From: a virus
Taxonomy: Duplodnaviria; Caudoviricetes
DNA length: 64,000 nucleotides
Virus record (IMG/VR): IMGVR_UViG_2724679537_000002
Coordinates: 5,485 to 69,484 of that record
Strand: one strand, 5' to 3'
Shown: piece by piece, positions 28,539 through 37,744 of the stretch
Layout of the letters: every line of letters begins with the position of its first letter
Numbering within the stretch: the first letter of the stretch is position 1
Program-made: the position numbers and the translations under genes
The notes under the pieces: generated by a model
What the model was told of the DNA's origin: nothing
Seen by the model: only the letters and a program-made list of their open reading frames with translations
Databases searched by the model: none

Positions 28539-29051
28539 TTACTCTGCGGCCTCGGCGGCTGCCTTGGCTTCCTCGAAGGCCTTCAGGCCGCCGGCGGTCA
28601 GTGTGCCGTCTTCCCGCACCTGGTTGCGCAGCGGCTCGAAGCGCACGCCCTGCACCTCGACGATGAATGCCTCGTCGTCGTCCTGAACGATGGTCACCGC
28701 CGGGTCGTCGGACTGGCTGTCGCCGGCTTCGCCTTCGGTAGAGGTCTCGCCACCAGCACCCACCTCGGTCTCGCCGGCGTCGAGCTCGACCAAGGCCTTG
28801 GCGTTGTTGAGCTTGGCGATCTGTTCCAGGCTCGACACCGCGCGCTGCAGGCGGTCGAAATTGCGGAAGGTGGCCACGCCACTGGCCAGCGGGCGCAGCT
28901 TGATGTTGGCCTCGGGCAGACTGAGCGTGACCGTCATCTTGTTGACTACCTTGACGTTCAGCGGGAACTCGGCCCCGCTGAACGCTGCCTTGGCCTTCTG
29001 GTTGGCGCCGTCCTGGCCCAGGACGGGCGCTCCAATCACCAGTCGAGTCAT
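28539..29051 (-). CDS. Hypothetical virion protein
   Basis: 170 aa between capsid and sheath genes. Confidence 0.65.
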   Translation of the reverse strand: MTRLVIGAPVLGQDGANQKAKAAFSGAEFPLNVKVVNKMTVTLSLPEANIKLRPLASGVATFRNFDRLQRAVSSLEQIAKLNNAKALVELDAGETEVGAGGETSTEGEAGDSQSDDPAVTIVQDDDEAFIVEVQGVRFEPLRNQVREDGTLTAGGLKAFEEAKAAAEAAE

Positions 29052-29063
29052 GTGCTACTCCCC

Positions 29064-30740
29064 TTAGAACAGGTTGGTGACGTTGATCAGCGCGCAGCCG
29101 GTGGAGCTGGGCTGGTGCGGGTTCACGCTGGTGAAGTTGCGCGCGTAGAAGCCGGCGCCGGACTTCAGGTCGGCGTTGGTGGCCAGCGGGATCACGGTCG
29201 GCGGCACGGCATCGCCCAGCACGAACGGGTTGCGGGTCACGTCGGTAGCGCGGCCCACGCACAGCACTTCAGCGCTGCCGCCGCTCTCGAGCACCACCTT
29301 GGGGCTGTAGTAGACGTCGTAGCGGCCGAACAGGCGGCCCAGGCGGAAGATGCCGGGACGCTCGACGACACCGGAGGGTTCCCAGATATCGGCGGGCAGG
29401 CCCTGCATCTGGGCGGCGACGTTCTCGCCCACGTAGAGGTGGGTGACGCCGTGGTTCATGGTGGTCAGCGCCATGCGCTGGCTGACGGCGCCGACGACGG
29501 CGTTGAAGTCGCGCCACACGTCGGAGCGTGACTTGTAGTCGCCCTGCGTCGCCCAGGCGAAGTCGAAGCTCTCCTGGTTGCGGGACGCCAGGCGGCGAGC
29601 CTTGCGCAGCACCTCGTAGTGGCGCTCGTTGGCGAACTGCGACTGGATGCCGAGCACGCCCTCGCTGTACGGATCAAGACCCAGCTCGTTGGCCATCTGC
29701 GTGCGGCTGTCGATGGTCTGGTGGGTGGTCACGCGCCACGGCTTGGCGAACAGCTGGAAGGTGTCGACGGCGGTGATGATCTCCGGGGTCAGCTCCGGGG
29801 CCCGCTCGTAGTCGATGAAGGCTTCCACCAGCACATGCGCGGACTCGGGCAGAGGAGGATTCGCGGTCAGCGCGATGTCGCCGGTGTCTGGGTGGATGGT
29901 GCCGCCAATCTGGTGGGTGGTGCCGCCGATGTCGACCTGGCCGCTGACGGTAGACGCACCGCTGCCAGTGGCGTTGACCTCCTTGGCGACGATCATGCCG
30001 TCGAGATAAACCAGCGAGCGGCCGCGCAGCAGCTTGACGGTAGCGGCGTTCGGATCGCAGGTCTCCGGCGTGTCCTGCACGGCGGTGATCTTGCCGGTGA
30101 TGTCGCCAGTCGGGCCGTTGGTATCGGTCACGATGGCGCACTTGTGCTCGCGACCGGAGGTGATGTAGGCGTCGCCACTGTTGCCGCCGTCCATGATATC
30201 GCCCACGCCGTAGCTGCCGTAGTCGCGGCCAGCCTGGTGGGTCATGATGGCCAGCTTGGCCTCGTTCGAGTTGATGTCCGCCGGCAGGTAGTGGGCGAAC
30301 GGAATAGCCTCGGTCAGGGTGGCTAGGATGGCGACCACCGCCCTGTTGGGCTGCAGCGAGTGAACGTCGCTGGCCTCACTGGTGGCGGAGTCGAGCTGCA
30401 TGCCCATCTTGCGGCGGGCATCATTGGTAGTGGCGTAGGCCAGGTGCATCGCCTGCTGCATGACGTCGGCCGGGCAGGACGTGCCGTGGGCCTGCTCGTA
30501 GATAGCCACGCCGTCCAGGATGGCGCGGGTTACCATGCTGGCGGTCTTGTCGTCGGCCTCATCGAGGGCGACTTGCAGTTTCTCCGGCACCTTGACGCCG
30601 GTGGACTGGTTGATGGCGTTCGCCAGGAAGTCGTCAGCGGCGGCCGAATCGAAGACGCCGCCCTTGACCGACTCATGCTTCAGGCTGTCGATGAACTCGG
30701 CGACCTCGGCGGTCTCGCGGCTGTAGTAGTGCTGAGGCAT
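29064..30740 (-). CDS. Major capsid protein (P1 gp23-like)
   Basis: 558 aa from ATG 30740 with AAAGGAG RBS; size, internal insertion domain, IFRLGRLFGRYDVYY; own promoter. Confidence 0.85.
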   Translation of the reverse strand: MPQHYYSRETAEVAEFIDSLKHESVKGGVFDSAAADDFLANAINQSTGVKVPEKLQVALDEADDKTASMVTRAILDGVAIYEQAHGTSCPADVMQQAMHLAYATTNDARRKMGMQLDSATSEASDVHSLQPNRAVVAILATLTEAIPFAHYLPADINSNEAKLAIMTHQAGRDYGSYGVGDIMDGGNSGDAYITSGREHKCAIVTDTNGPTGDITGKITAVQDTPETCDPNAATVKLLRGRSLVYLDGMIVAKEVNATGSGASTVSGQVDIGGTTHQIGGTIHPDTGDIALTANPPLPESAHVLVEAFIDYERAPELTPEIITAVDTFQLFAKPWRVTTHQTIDSRTQMANELGLDPYSEGVLGIQSQFANERHYEVLRKARRLASRNQESFDFAWATQGDYKSRSDVWRDFNAVVGAVSQRMALTTMNHGVTHLYVGENVAAQMQGLPADIWEPSGVVERPGIFRLGRLFGRYDVYYSPKVVLESGGSAEVLCVGRATDVTRNPFVLGDAVPPTVIPLATNADLKSGAGFYARNFTSVNPHQPSSTGCALINVTNLF

Positions 30741-30799
30741 AGCCCTCTCTCCTTTGCTCACAGGGAAGTGCAAGGCCGACCAGGTGGCCGGATGGTTCG

Positions 30800-30840
30800 A
30801 GTCTGAAGGCGCCGCGACGGCCGGTTTCGGGCGTTTTTCC
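30800..30840 (-). promoter_or_regulatory. Putative late promoter GGAAAA-N29-CAGACT
   Basis: Upstream of major capsid gene, just after a terminator. Confidence 0.7.
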
Positions 30841-30853
30841 GGGTTTGCGGCAC

Positions 30854-30876
30854 AAAAAAGCCGGCGCTAGGCCGGC
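30854..30876 (-). terminator. Rho-independent terminator
   Basis: Minus strand GCCGGC-CTAGC-GCCGGC followed by TTTTTT. Confidence 0.8.
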
Positions 30877-30900
30877 AACGATCGACAGCAGCAGCTGTGG

Positions 30901-31428
30901 TCAGGCTATGGTGTCGTCCTCGGGTGCGGACGGGTCGATGATGTCCAGGTCGTCGCGGCGGTTGACCACGTAGCGAGGCACGAAGGGCGGCACGTTGACC
31001 ACAGCCTCGACCTCGACGATCTCGTAGGCCACTTTGGGCGCGCTCTCGCCCTCGCCCAACAGCAGGTAGATAACGTCACGCTTCAGCACCTCGAAGCCGC
31101 CGGGGTCGCCGACCATCTCCTCGGGCTCGACCAGGAAGCGCAGCTCGTCGGCATAGCCGTTGTTCGCGTCGCGGCGGTCCATCATCGGCGACGGCTGGAA
31201 CTGCTCGGCTGGCAGAGCGAAGCCCAGGCCGACCAGCTCCCATCGAATATCGTCCTCGTCCTCGGAGCTCATGACCGCCATACCGCCCAGCGTGGGCGCG
31301 CCACCGACCTCATCGGTACTGGTGCGGCCGACGCGGCGCCGGTAGACCTCGCAGTTGTAGGCGTTGGGGTGGTTGATGATGACGTTGCGGGCCATGGCGT
31401 TGATGCCCGTCGGCACGTTGTTGAGCAT
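30901..31428 (-). CDS. Head-tail connector-like protein
   Basis: 175 aa beta-rich; position in structural operon. Confidence 0.45.
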   Translation of the reverse strand: MLNNVPTGINAMARNVIINHPNAYNCEVYRRRVGRTSTDEVGGAPTLGGMAVMSSEDEDDIRWELVGLGFALPAEQFQPSPMMDRRDANNGYADELRFLVEPEEMVGDPGGFEVLKRDVIYLLLGEGESAPKVAYEIVEVEAVVNVPPFVPRYVVNRRDDLDIIDPSAPEDDTIA

Positions 31429-32481
31429 TTACTTGCCTCCCTGAAGAATGGCGATGGCCTGCTCGGGCGTCAGGCCCAGCTCGCGGGCGGTGGCGATCAG
31501 CTTGTCACGGGCGGCGGGCGAAGCGCCCAATGCCTGCATGCGCTTGCTGCCATTGGCCGTGCGCTTGGGCTTGGTGGTGGTGGCCCGGCTCTGCCGACGC
31601 AGGGCGCGCCGGGCGCGGTCGAAGTCGCGGTCGCCGGTATTGGCTGGCCCGCCCCGGGGGCGCTTGGCCTGCTTCTCGGCCAGCCTCTCGGCCTCCCTCT
31701 GCCGCTGGCGAATGTGTCCGCTACCGTCCTCGGTCTGGCGCCCCTTCTCGATGGCTCGAGCCAGGAAGGCTTGTACGGCACTGCCACCCTCGATCTCCGA
31801 CATGACGCGCAGCACGTGCTTGCACGCCACACCGCTGAGCTTGGGGTTACGGATCTTGGGATAGCCGGTCTCCGGGCGGCCGGCGTTGTAGCGGCCGATG
31901 GTTGCGATGTAGCGGTACCAGTAGCGGTGGCGCCCACAATCGCAGTCGAAGCGGATGCCCTCCTTGCGCAGGCGGGCGGCCGCCCGCTTCACGCTCTCCG
32001 CCCCGGAGGCGATGGCCGTCTGGTAGCCGGTGAACTCCACGGTGACGTGGTGGCGGCTGACGTCGCTGTCCGGGCCGGCATTGGTGATGAAGCGCACCTC
32101 CAGGGCGGACACCTGGCGGTTGCTGCTGCGCACGCCACGCGCCGCCGACGGCACCGCCATGGTGATTTGCCGACGGGCGCGGTCGCGGTCGACGGACAAC
32201 GACAGGTCGATGACCTGGCGCGCCGTGATGCCTCCCTTGAAGCGCTGACCGGCCGTGCGCGCATTGTGGCGGAACATGGCTAGGTCGTCGGCGGTGACGG
32301 GTCGCACCTCGCCACCCAGAGTGGTCATCAGCATGCGGCTGGCGTCGTAGTCGCCGCGCACCTCGTTGGGGTTGAGGATATTGGGCGCCGCCTGACGCTC
32401 CTGCCTGTCTTCCGCGGCGCGGGCGCGGGCCTCGGCGGCACTGCCGCTAAGACGGGATATTGCCCTCGGGTCGCCTGCCAT
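31429..32481 (-). CDS. Morphogenesis protein with SWIM-like Zn finger (P1 gp25-like)
   Basis: FDCDCGRHRYWYRY...RNPKLSGVACKHVLRV. Confidence 0.65.
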   Translation of the reverse strand: MAGDPRAISRLSGSAAEARARAAEDRQERQAAPNILNPNEVRGDYDASRMLMTTLGGEVRPVTADDLAMFRHNARTAGQRFKGGITARQVIDLSLSVDRDRARRQITMAVPSAARGVRSSNRQVSALEVRFITNAGPDSDVSRHHVTVEFTGYQTAIASGAESVKRAAARLRKEGIRFDCDCGRHRYWYRYIATIGRYNAGRPETGYPKIRNPKLSGVACKHVLRVMSEIEGGSAVQAFLARAIEKGRQTEDGSGHIRQRQREAERLAEKQAKRPRGGPANTGDRDFDRARRALRRQSRATTTKPKRTANGSKRMQALGASPAARDKLIATARELGLTPEQAIAILQGGK

Positions 32482-32819
32482 CAGTCAGTCCTCCATGTCG
32501 CGCCGTCACGGTCGCGGTGGTCGGCGCGCGACTCGAAGCCGGCGCGGCGCTTGAAGGCGCGCAGCCGGTCGGCGCTGGGCAGCACTAGGCGCTGTTGGTC
32601 CAGGGGCTGGTCGACAGTCTCCATGCCGGCGGCGGCCATGATGGCCAGGAACTCGCCGGCGTCACCGTAGACCTTGCGCGCGGTCAGCGTGATGTCCCAG
32701 CGCTCGTCCGGGGCCACGTCGTGATAGATGGCCTGCTCCCAGGGCTTTACCGACTGCGAGAAGTCACGCACCAGGCGATAGAACACCCGTGCGGCCTGGC
32801 TTTTGCGGTCGACGCTCAT
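32481..32819 (-). CDS. Baseplate protein with LysM-like fold
   Basis: 112 aa; DERWDITLTARKVYGD...IMAAAG. Confidence 0.6.
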   Translation of the reverse strand: MSVDRKSQAARVFYRLVRDFSQSVKPWEQAIYHDVAPDERWDITLTARKVYGDAGEFLAIMAAAGMETVDQPLDQQRLVLPSADRLRAFKRRAGFESRADHRDRDGATWRTD

Positions 32820-33301
32820 ATGGTCACCGCCTGGCCGGCCAGCAACCGGGAGAGCTCATCGGCCATGGTCAGAGTGTCAGCCACCGCGCCGTAGTGCTTG
32901 GCGTAGCGGCACAGTGCCAGGGCGCCCACCTGTGCGTTGCCGGCGTCCGGCGAGATGCGATAGATGGGCCCCGTTACGTCCACGCCGTCCATCTCGATGC
33001 CGCCAGCCGGGTCGGCGCGCATGGCGCGCTCCATGAAGCGCAGGCAGGCGCTACGGCCGTCGGCGGCCACCGTGCCCTTGAGGTCGTAGTAAGCGGTGAT
33101 GGCCTCCTTCAGGTCGCCGTACTCGAACAGCGAATCGCGGTCGGCGCGTGTGTTGGTGTCGATCACCACGCAGCCGTCGCGGCGAGGCATGACGTCGGTC
33201 ACGGCGGCCACCACCAGGATGCCGGTCTCCTCGTCGAGGGCGCCCAGCACCGTGGCGGGCCTGCCGGCGAAGCCGCTGATATTGGCCTGCAACTGGATCA
33301 T
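32816..33301 (-). CDS. Hypothetical protein
   Basis: 161 aa, translationally coupled in operon. Confidence 0.7.
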   Translation of the reverse strand: MIQLQANISGFAGRPATVLGALDEETGILVVAAVTDVMPRRDGCVVIDTNTRADRDSLFEYGDLKEAITAYYDLKGTVAADGRSACLRFMERAMRADPAGGIEMDGVDVTGPIYRISPDAGNAQVGALALCRYAKHYGAVADTLTMADELSRLLAGQAVTI

Positions 33302-34023
33302 GGGGCGACCTCTCTCTCCTCGGGATCGACCTCGGACACCAGCGGATAGCCGGCCGGGTCGTCGGTACCGGGAACGCCCTTGCCGTCGTTGGGCTCGCCA
33401 GCCTTGGGCGCCATGAACAGCGGCACCGTGACTTTGAGCACCAGGTCGACAGCCAGGATGGTCAGGTTCTTGTTGCCGGTCTCGACGTTCATCGCCGGAT
33501 TGTCCGGGGCCTCCACCTGTGCCGGGTACTCGTGCTCAAGGCCGGCGAACGGGTAACGGGCCAGGAATCGGCGACGGCTGGGCGAGTCCAGGTACAGCAG
33601 GAATTGAGCGGCTAGGCTCTTGGCCGTGGGCTCGTCGCTGGCGAAGAACGCCAGCTGGGCGCGAACCTCGCCGGCCACGGTGCGCACGCGGAAGTAGCGC
33701 TGCTTGGGGTCGTCGGGAAAAGTGATGTCCACCGGGTCGGCAATCTGCGCGGTGAAGCTGCGCTCGGCCGGCGTCCAGTCCTTGGCTGCGGCGACTAGGA
33801 TCACCGGCAGACTGGGCGGTCGGGTCGGGGCCTGGTGCGTGTCATTGCGCTGCCACTGCGACAGCATCTCCTCGGCCTTATCGACCATGCGTGCCGGCGC
33901 CCAGGCCGCGCAGTACGGGAAGCCGCGCTCGACGAACTCCTGCAGGGGCTTGGTAGTGGGCACCACTTCGGCGTAGAAGTCCTGCAGAAACTCGCCGAGA
34001 CCGACCTTCACGGGCTCAAACAT
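33298..34023 (-). CDS. Tail terminator/completion-like protein
   Basis: 241 aa; SLPVILVA segment; position. Confidence 0.5.
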   Translation of the reverse strand: MFEPVKVGLGEFLQDFYAEVVPTTKPLQEFVERGFPYCAAWAPARMVDKAEEMLSQWQRNDTHQAPTRPPSLPVILVAAAKDWTPAERSFTAQIADPVDITFPDDPKQRYFRVRTVAGEVRAQLAFFASDEPTAKSLAAQFLLYLDSPSRRRFLARYPFAGLEHEYPAQVEAPDNPAMNVETGNKNLTILAVDLVLKVTVPLFMAPKAGEPNDGKGVPGTDDPAGYPLVSEVDPEEREVAP

Positions 34024-34846
34024 GGAAGAACATCCGACGCTTCAGGCGCAGGTAGTCACGGTCGTGCTCCTCCCGGGCCTCGGGGTTCTGAAAGCGCGGC
34101 AGCGCGGAGTCCATGAAGAAGCGGCGGTCGCGATCCAACTGGCGAGCCGTGTCGGCAGCGGCCGCGCTGTCGGTGACCAGGGCCGCCTGGCTGGCTTGCT
34201 CCTCGCGCTTGCTCAGCAGGTCGAGAAGCTCGCTGTTCTCGTGCTCGAAGCGGGTCGCCGAATCCATGGCCAGGCGCAGGTTGGCCTCCATCATCTCGAA
34301 CAGCCGGTTCATGGCGTCGACCTGCTCGGCATGCTCGGCGGACAGCACGTCGTCGAAGGTCATCTCGCCGCTGGTCACGCTATCCAGCACCAGGTCATAG
34401 CCGCGATTGGTCGAGTAGTTCGGGTCGTTGACCCAATCGAAACCGTAGAGCTCGGGCTTGCGCGGGTCGATGGCGGTCGAGAAGCCGCCCACCCGATTGG
34501 CGTACATGCGCGACGCCAGCTGCCCGGTGGCGGTGTCAAGGAACTCGGTCTGGTGCTCGATGGTGCCGTCGTCGTAGGCCTTCAGGTGGGTAGTGACCAC
34601 GGCGGGCTCGATGGCGTGCGCCTTGCCCTCGGCTAGCCCGCCCTCGGCAGGCTCCATGCCAAAGCGTACCCGCGGCCAGTGGCCGAAGTAGCCCAGCATG
34701 CCGCGCGTCTGCACGCGCTCCTGAGTGGCCGGGCCGTTGATGCTGGCCACGATGGCCGGAATGTCGAAGTGACGCTCTACGCCGCGATGCTGGCGGCCAC
34801 GATCCTTCAGGTTGTACTTGATCAGCGGAGGTTGCTGCATGGTCAT
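34016..34846 (-). CDS. Prohead maturation protease (P1 Pro-like)
   Basis: YNLKDRGR, GYFGH, GGFSTA, GFDWVNDPN (His/Ser/Asp motifs of S77/S78-type head proteases). Confidence 0.8.
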   Translation of the reverse strand: MTMQQPPLIKYNLKDRGRQHRGVERHFDIPAIVASINGPATQERVQTRGMLGYFGHWPRVRFGMEPAEGGLAEGKAHAIEPAVVTTHLKAYDDGTIEHQTEFLDTATGQLASRMYANRVGGFSTAIDPRKPELYGFDWVNDPNYSTNRGYDLVLDSVTSGEMTFDDVLSAEHAEQVDAMNRLFEMMEANLRLAMDSATRFEHENSELLDLLSKREEQASQAALVTDSAAAADTARQLDRDRRFFMDSALPRFQNPEAREEHDRDYLRLKRRMFFHV

Positions 34847-34874
34847 GCCCCTCACGGTTGTTTCCCATGAGGGC

Positions 34875-34915
34875 ATGATGCGGGGTGAGTATCACCGGCC
34901 GGAGGGTGTTTTTCC
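34875..34915 (-). promoter_or_regulatory. Putative late promoter GGAAAA-N29-CATCAT
   Basis: Upstream of prohead protease. Confidence 0.65.
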
Positions 34916-35221
34916 TATCCGAGCGCAGCGGTGCCGGATCAGGGCGGCCAGCAGGACAGCCCTCCCGGTCGGCGAGCAGGCGCAGGCCACAGCAAGCAAA
35001 CAGAGCGCAATCGCGATCACCAGCCACGGAGCGACGATCACTACCAAGACGCAAGAGGTGTAGACAGCAAGCGCGGCGATGAGCTGCGCCCAATCAGTGC
35101 CTGCACTGCCGCTCCAAGGAACGAACTCCCGGCACCCAAGGCTGCTAGGGTGGCCATCAGAAAGACTCAAGCGAACCACTCCAGCGGCGCTGCCTGACAT
35201 CATATTGCCCCCGGTAATCAT
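34892..35221 (-). CDS. Hypothetical membrane protein
   Basis: 109 aa, two hydrophobic segments; ATGA overlap. Confidence 0.45.
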   Translation of the reverse strand: MITGGNMMSGSAAGVVRLSLSDGHPSSLGCREFVPWSGSAGTDWAQLIAALAVYTSCVLVVIVAPWLVIAIALCLLAVACACSPTGRAVLLAALIRHRCARIGKTPSGR

Positions 35222-35433
35222 GCTTTCTCCTTGCGCGCCAATCGCGCCGCTCTAGCCAGCCTGAGAGCCGTTAAAGCCCGCTTCTGGTCTAGGCTCTCGA
35301 CAAAGTAGCGCTCTGCGATATAGCGAACCCTTGCAGAGTCATCCCACGGATGGGGGTAACGGGCTCTTGCGTCTCGGATGATGGAGCGCAAGAGGCGGCG
35401 GCACCGGAAGCGCTGAGAGACCGACCTCAGCAT
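35218..35433 (-). CDS. Hypothetical protein
   Basis: 71 aa, coupled. Confidence 0.55.
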   Translation of the reverse strand: MLRSVSQRFRCRRLLRSIIRDARARYPHPWDDSARVRYIAERYFVESLDQKRALTALRLARAARLARKEKA

Positions 35434-35711
35434 GTCGGATACTCCATAGACCAGCCTTTCCGACGCTTATTGGCCATCTCCCAGGCGAAGTGCATGGGGT
35501 GGCTGGGCGAAAACGGGTTGCTGGGCTTTTCGCGCAGCCCCAGGTTCTCGATCATCTCGCCGATGCGCTCCGGGGTCAGCAGCTTGCCGGCCTCGCTCTC
35601 GACGGAATCGAGCATGCTGGCCGCCAGGGCTCGCTCTATGCCGCTGGGCTGCCGGGCCTTAGCGTCAGCGGACACCGCCTTGCCGATGATGGTCACGCTT
35701 TCAGGGATCAC
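35427..35711 (-). CDS. Hypothetical protein
   Basis: 94 aa, GTG start after GAGGAG. Confidence 0.6.
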   Translation of the reverse strand: MIPESVTIIGKAVSADAKARQPSGIERALAASMLDSVESEAGKLLTPERIGEMIENLGLREKPSNPFSPSHPMHFAWEMANKRRKGWSMEYPTC

Positions 35712-35727
35712 GGGCTTCTCCTCACAC

Positions 35728-36180
35728 TCACATGCCTGCCAGGGACAGCGCGGCCAGCACGCTACCCAGATGCGGATTCAGGGTCTCGGACTTCATGCGC
35801 TCGATCGAGGCCGGGCCGAAGTCGTTGGCCGCCATGCGCTCCTCGATGCGGGCAATCGCGGCGTCGGCCCGATACTCTAGCACCGGCAGGCGGCCCTGCT
35901 CTTGCGCGTAGCCTGCCTCAATGGTGGCGGCGGCCACGTTGGCGATGCCACACGCGGCGGCGACCACCTCGGCATTGCCAGTGGCGGCTACCAAGTCTTC
36001 CCAGCACTGACGCTCCGCCCGGTACATCTCAGCCGCCCCGCCATACTGGTAGGCGTTGTACATCATGGTGGTGATCTCGCGCACCTGGTCATTGGTGACC
36101 AACGGCTCGGCATGGGCCGTGCTGGCGAACAGGGCAGCGGCGCCCAGGGTGGTGGCGATGGCGTGGCGGATTCGGGTCAT
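35728..36180 (-). CDS. Hypothetical exported protein
   Basis: Sec-type signal peptide MTRIRHAIATTLGAAALFASTAHA/EP; two Cys. Confidence 0.7.
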   Translation of the reverse strand: MTRIRHAIATTLGAAALFASTAHAEPLVTNDQVREITTMMYNAYQYGGAAEMYRAERQCWEDLVAATGNAEVVAAACGIANVAAATIEAGYAQEQGRLPVLEYRADAAIARIEERMAANDFGPASIERMKSETLNPHLGSVLAALSLAGM

Positions 36181-36220
36181 TCCATGGCTCCGTGGCATTG
36201 CGATGATAAGAGCGATAAGT

Positions 36221-37744
36221 TTACACCACGTCGCCAAAGAGCGCTTCAACCTCGCTCTCCAACGACTCACCCAGAGTGCGCCCCTCCCCCGGCCCTTCCT
36301 GGCTTGCGGTGTAGACCAGGCCCTCGATAAAAGCGAAGCACACCGCGTCCCAGAGGTCGGGCGACGCCATACCCTCCCACTCCTTGCTGTGTTTGGGCGG
36401 CACCCGGATGCGCCCCTTGTCAGTGAAGGTCTTGGGAATGCGGCTGGACTGCGACAGCATGGCGTTGCGGTGCTCGCCGGTCAGGATCGACAGCCGCCCC
36501 TCCTTGGCGGCGCGCGCGGCCTGGTGCATGGCCTGTGCGCGGAGGTTCAGATAGCGCTCCTTGTTCTTGTTCTGGAAGCATGGATTGCCCCAGTTGATGC
36601 GATGCAGAGGCTTGCCCATGTCCTCCAGGTCCTGGCAAACGTTAATGCCCAGGCCGCCGGAGTCGACGGCGTAGGTCACGCCATCATAGGGGTCACCCTG
36701 CTCGGCCACGGCGCCGGCGAAGACGTTGGCCCGCACGTTGTTGGTCACCACCGGAACGGACACGATCTCCACGCGCCGCGCATCGGGGCCGCGCTCGCCG
36801 TAGCCGATAACCCGCGCTACGACGATGGTCGACTTGTCGCGCAAGCCCTCGCCACTGGCGATATCGGACAGCACCACCCAACCATAGGGCTCGTCGTCTC
36901 CAATGATGCGCCCCCGGCGATACATGGCCTCGGCCACGGGCAGGTTCATCATGTGCTTGCCCGACTCCTGCGGGAACTGGCCCAGCAGGCGCACACGACG
37001 CTCGTCGTCGTCGTAGCTCTCCCACAGCTCCTTGAGGGCCTGGTCGCTGACCAGCGGCGACTCCAGCGAGGAGAACACCAGCGGCGTCCAGTCGCCGCCG
37101 TTGAGCTTGCTCAGGTCGTGGTGCGTCCGGTAGAAGAACCCCGAGTTGCGGGTCGGCTGCGAAGTCAGCAGCATGCGGTTGTGTTCTTCGGTCAGGGCGC
37201 CGCGCAGCGTGGTCAGCACCGCGTCGGGCAGCGTTGATGCCTCGTCGCCGATGATCATCAGCCATTCGCCGTGGCGCCCTGCCATTTTGTTGGCGGTCTT
37301 CTCGTTGGCGGTCTTGGACTCAACGAACCACGTATCCTTGAAGCCGATGATACGCATCACGCCGTTGGACAGGATCTCGATATGCTCGGCCAGCCAGCCG
37401 TAGGCCCCCTTACGGATGCGTTCGACGGCCAGGCCGATTTCTTTCCACAGCGTGGCCTTGAGCTGCGCCATGTCGTTGGCGGTCAGCAGGGTGATCGACT
37501 GCGGGTAGCACAGCAGGTGCCAGAGCACGATAGCGGCAATGCTGGTGGTCTTGCCGGTTCCGTGGCCAGACGCCACCGAAACCATGGAGCGCGACGGCGC
37601 CACGCTGCGGAACAGCCGGATCTGCTGTGGCGTGGGCCGCATCTCCAGCACCTCGACCTGGAAGCGCACCAGGTCGCCGGCATAGGCCTCGCAGAATGGC
37701 AGCCAGCGCGGGTCTTCATGCAGCAAGGCGCGCTTCTTACGCAT
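36221..37744 (-). CDS. Terminase large subunit (P1 PacB-like)
   Basis: Walker A SGHGTGKT, Walker B IIGDEAS, LLTSQPT, C-terminal nuclease acidic motifs (SDIA, VDSGG, SPDLWDA). Confidence 0.93.
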   Translation of the reverse strand: MRKKRALLHEDPRWLPFCEAYAGDLVRFQVEVLEMRPTPQQIRLFRSVAPSRSMVSVASGHGTGKTTSIAAIVLWHLLCYPQSITLLTANDMAQLKATLWKEIGLAVERIRKGAYGWLAEHIEILSNGVMRIIGFKDTWFVESKTANEKTANKMAGRHGEWLMIIGDEASTLPDAVLTTLRGALTEEHNRMLLTSQPTRNSGFFYRTHHDLSKLNGGDWTPLVFSSLESPLVSDQALKELWESYDDDERRVRLLGQFPQESGKHMMNLPVAEAMYRRGRIIGDDEPYGWVVLSDIASGEGLRDKSTIVVARVIGYGERGPDARRVEIVSVPVVTNNVRANVFAGAVAEQGDPYDGVTYAVDSGGLGINVCQDLEDMGKPLHRINWGNPCFQNKNKERYLNLRAQAMHQAARAAKEGRLSILTGEHRNAMLSQSSRIPKTFTDKGRIRVPPKHSKEWEGMASPDLWDAVCFAFIEGLVYTASQEGPGEGRTLGESLESEVEALFGDVV

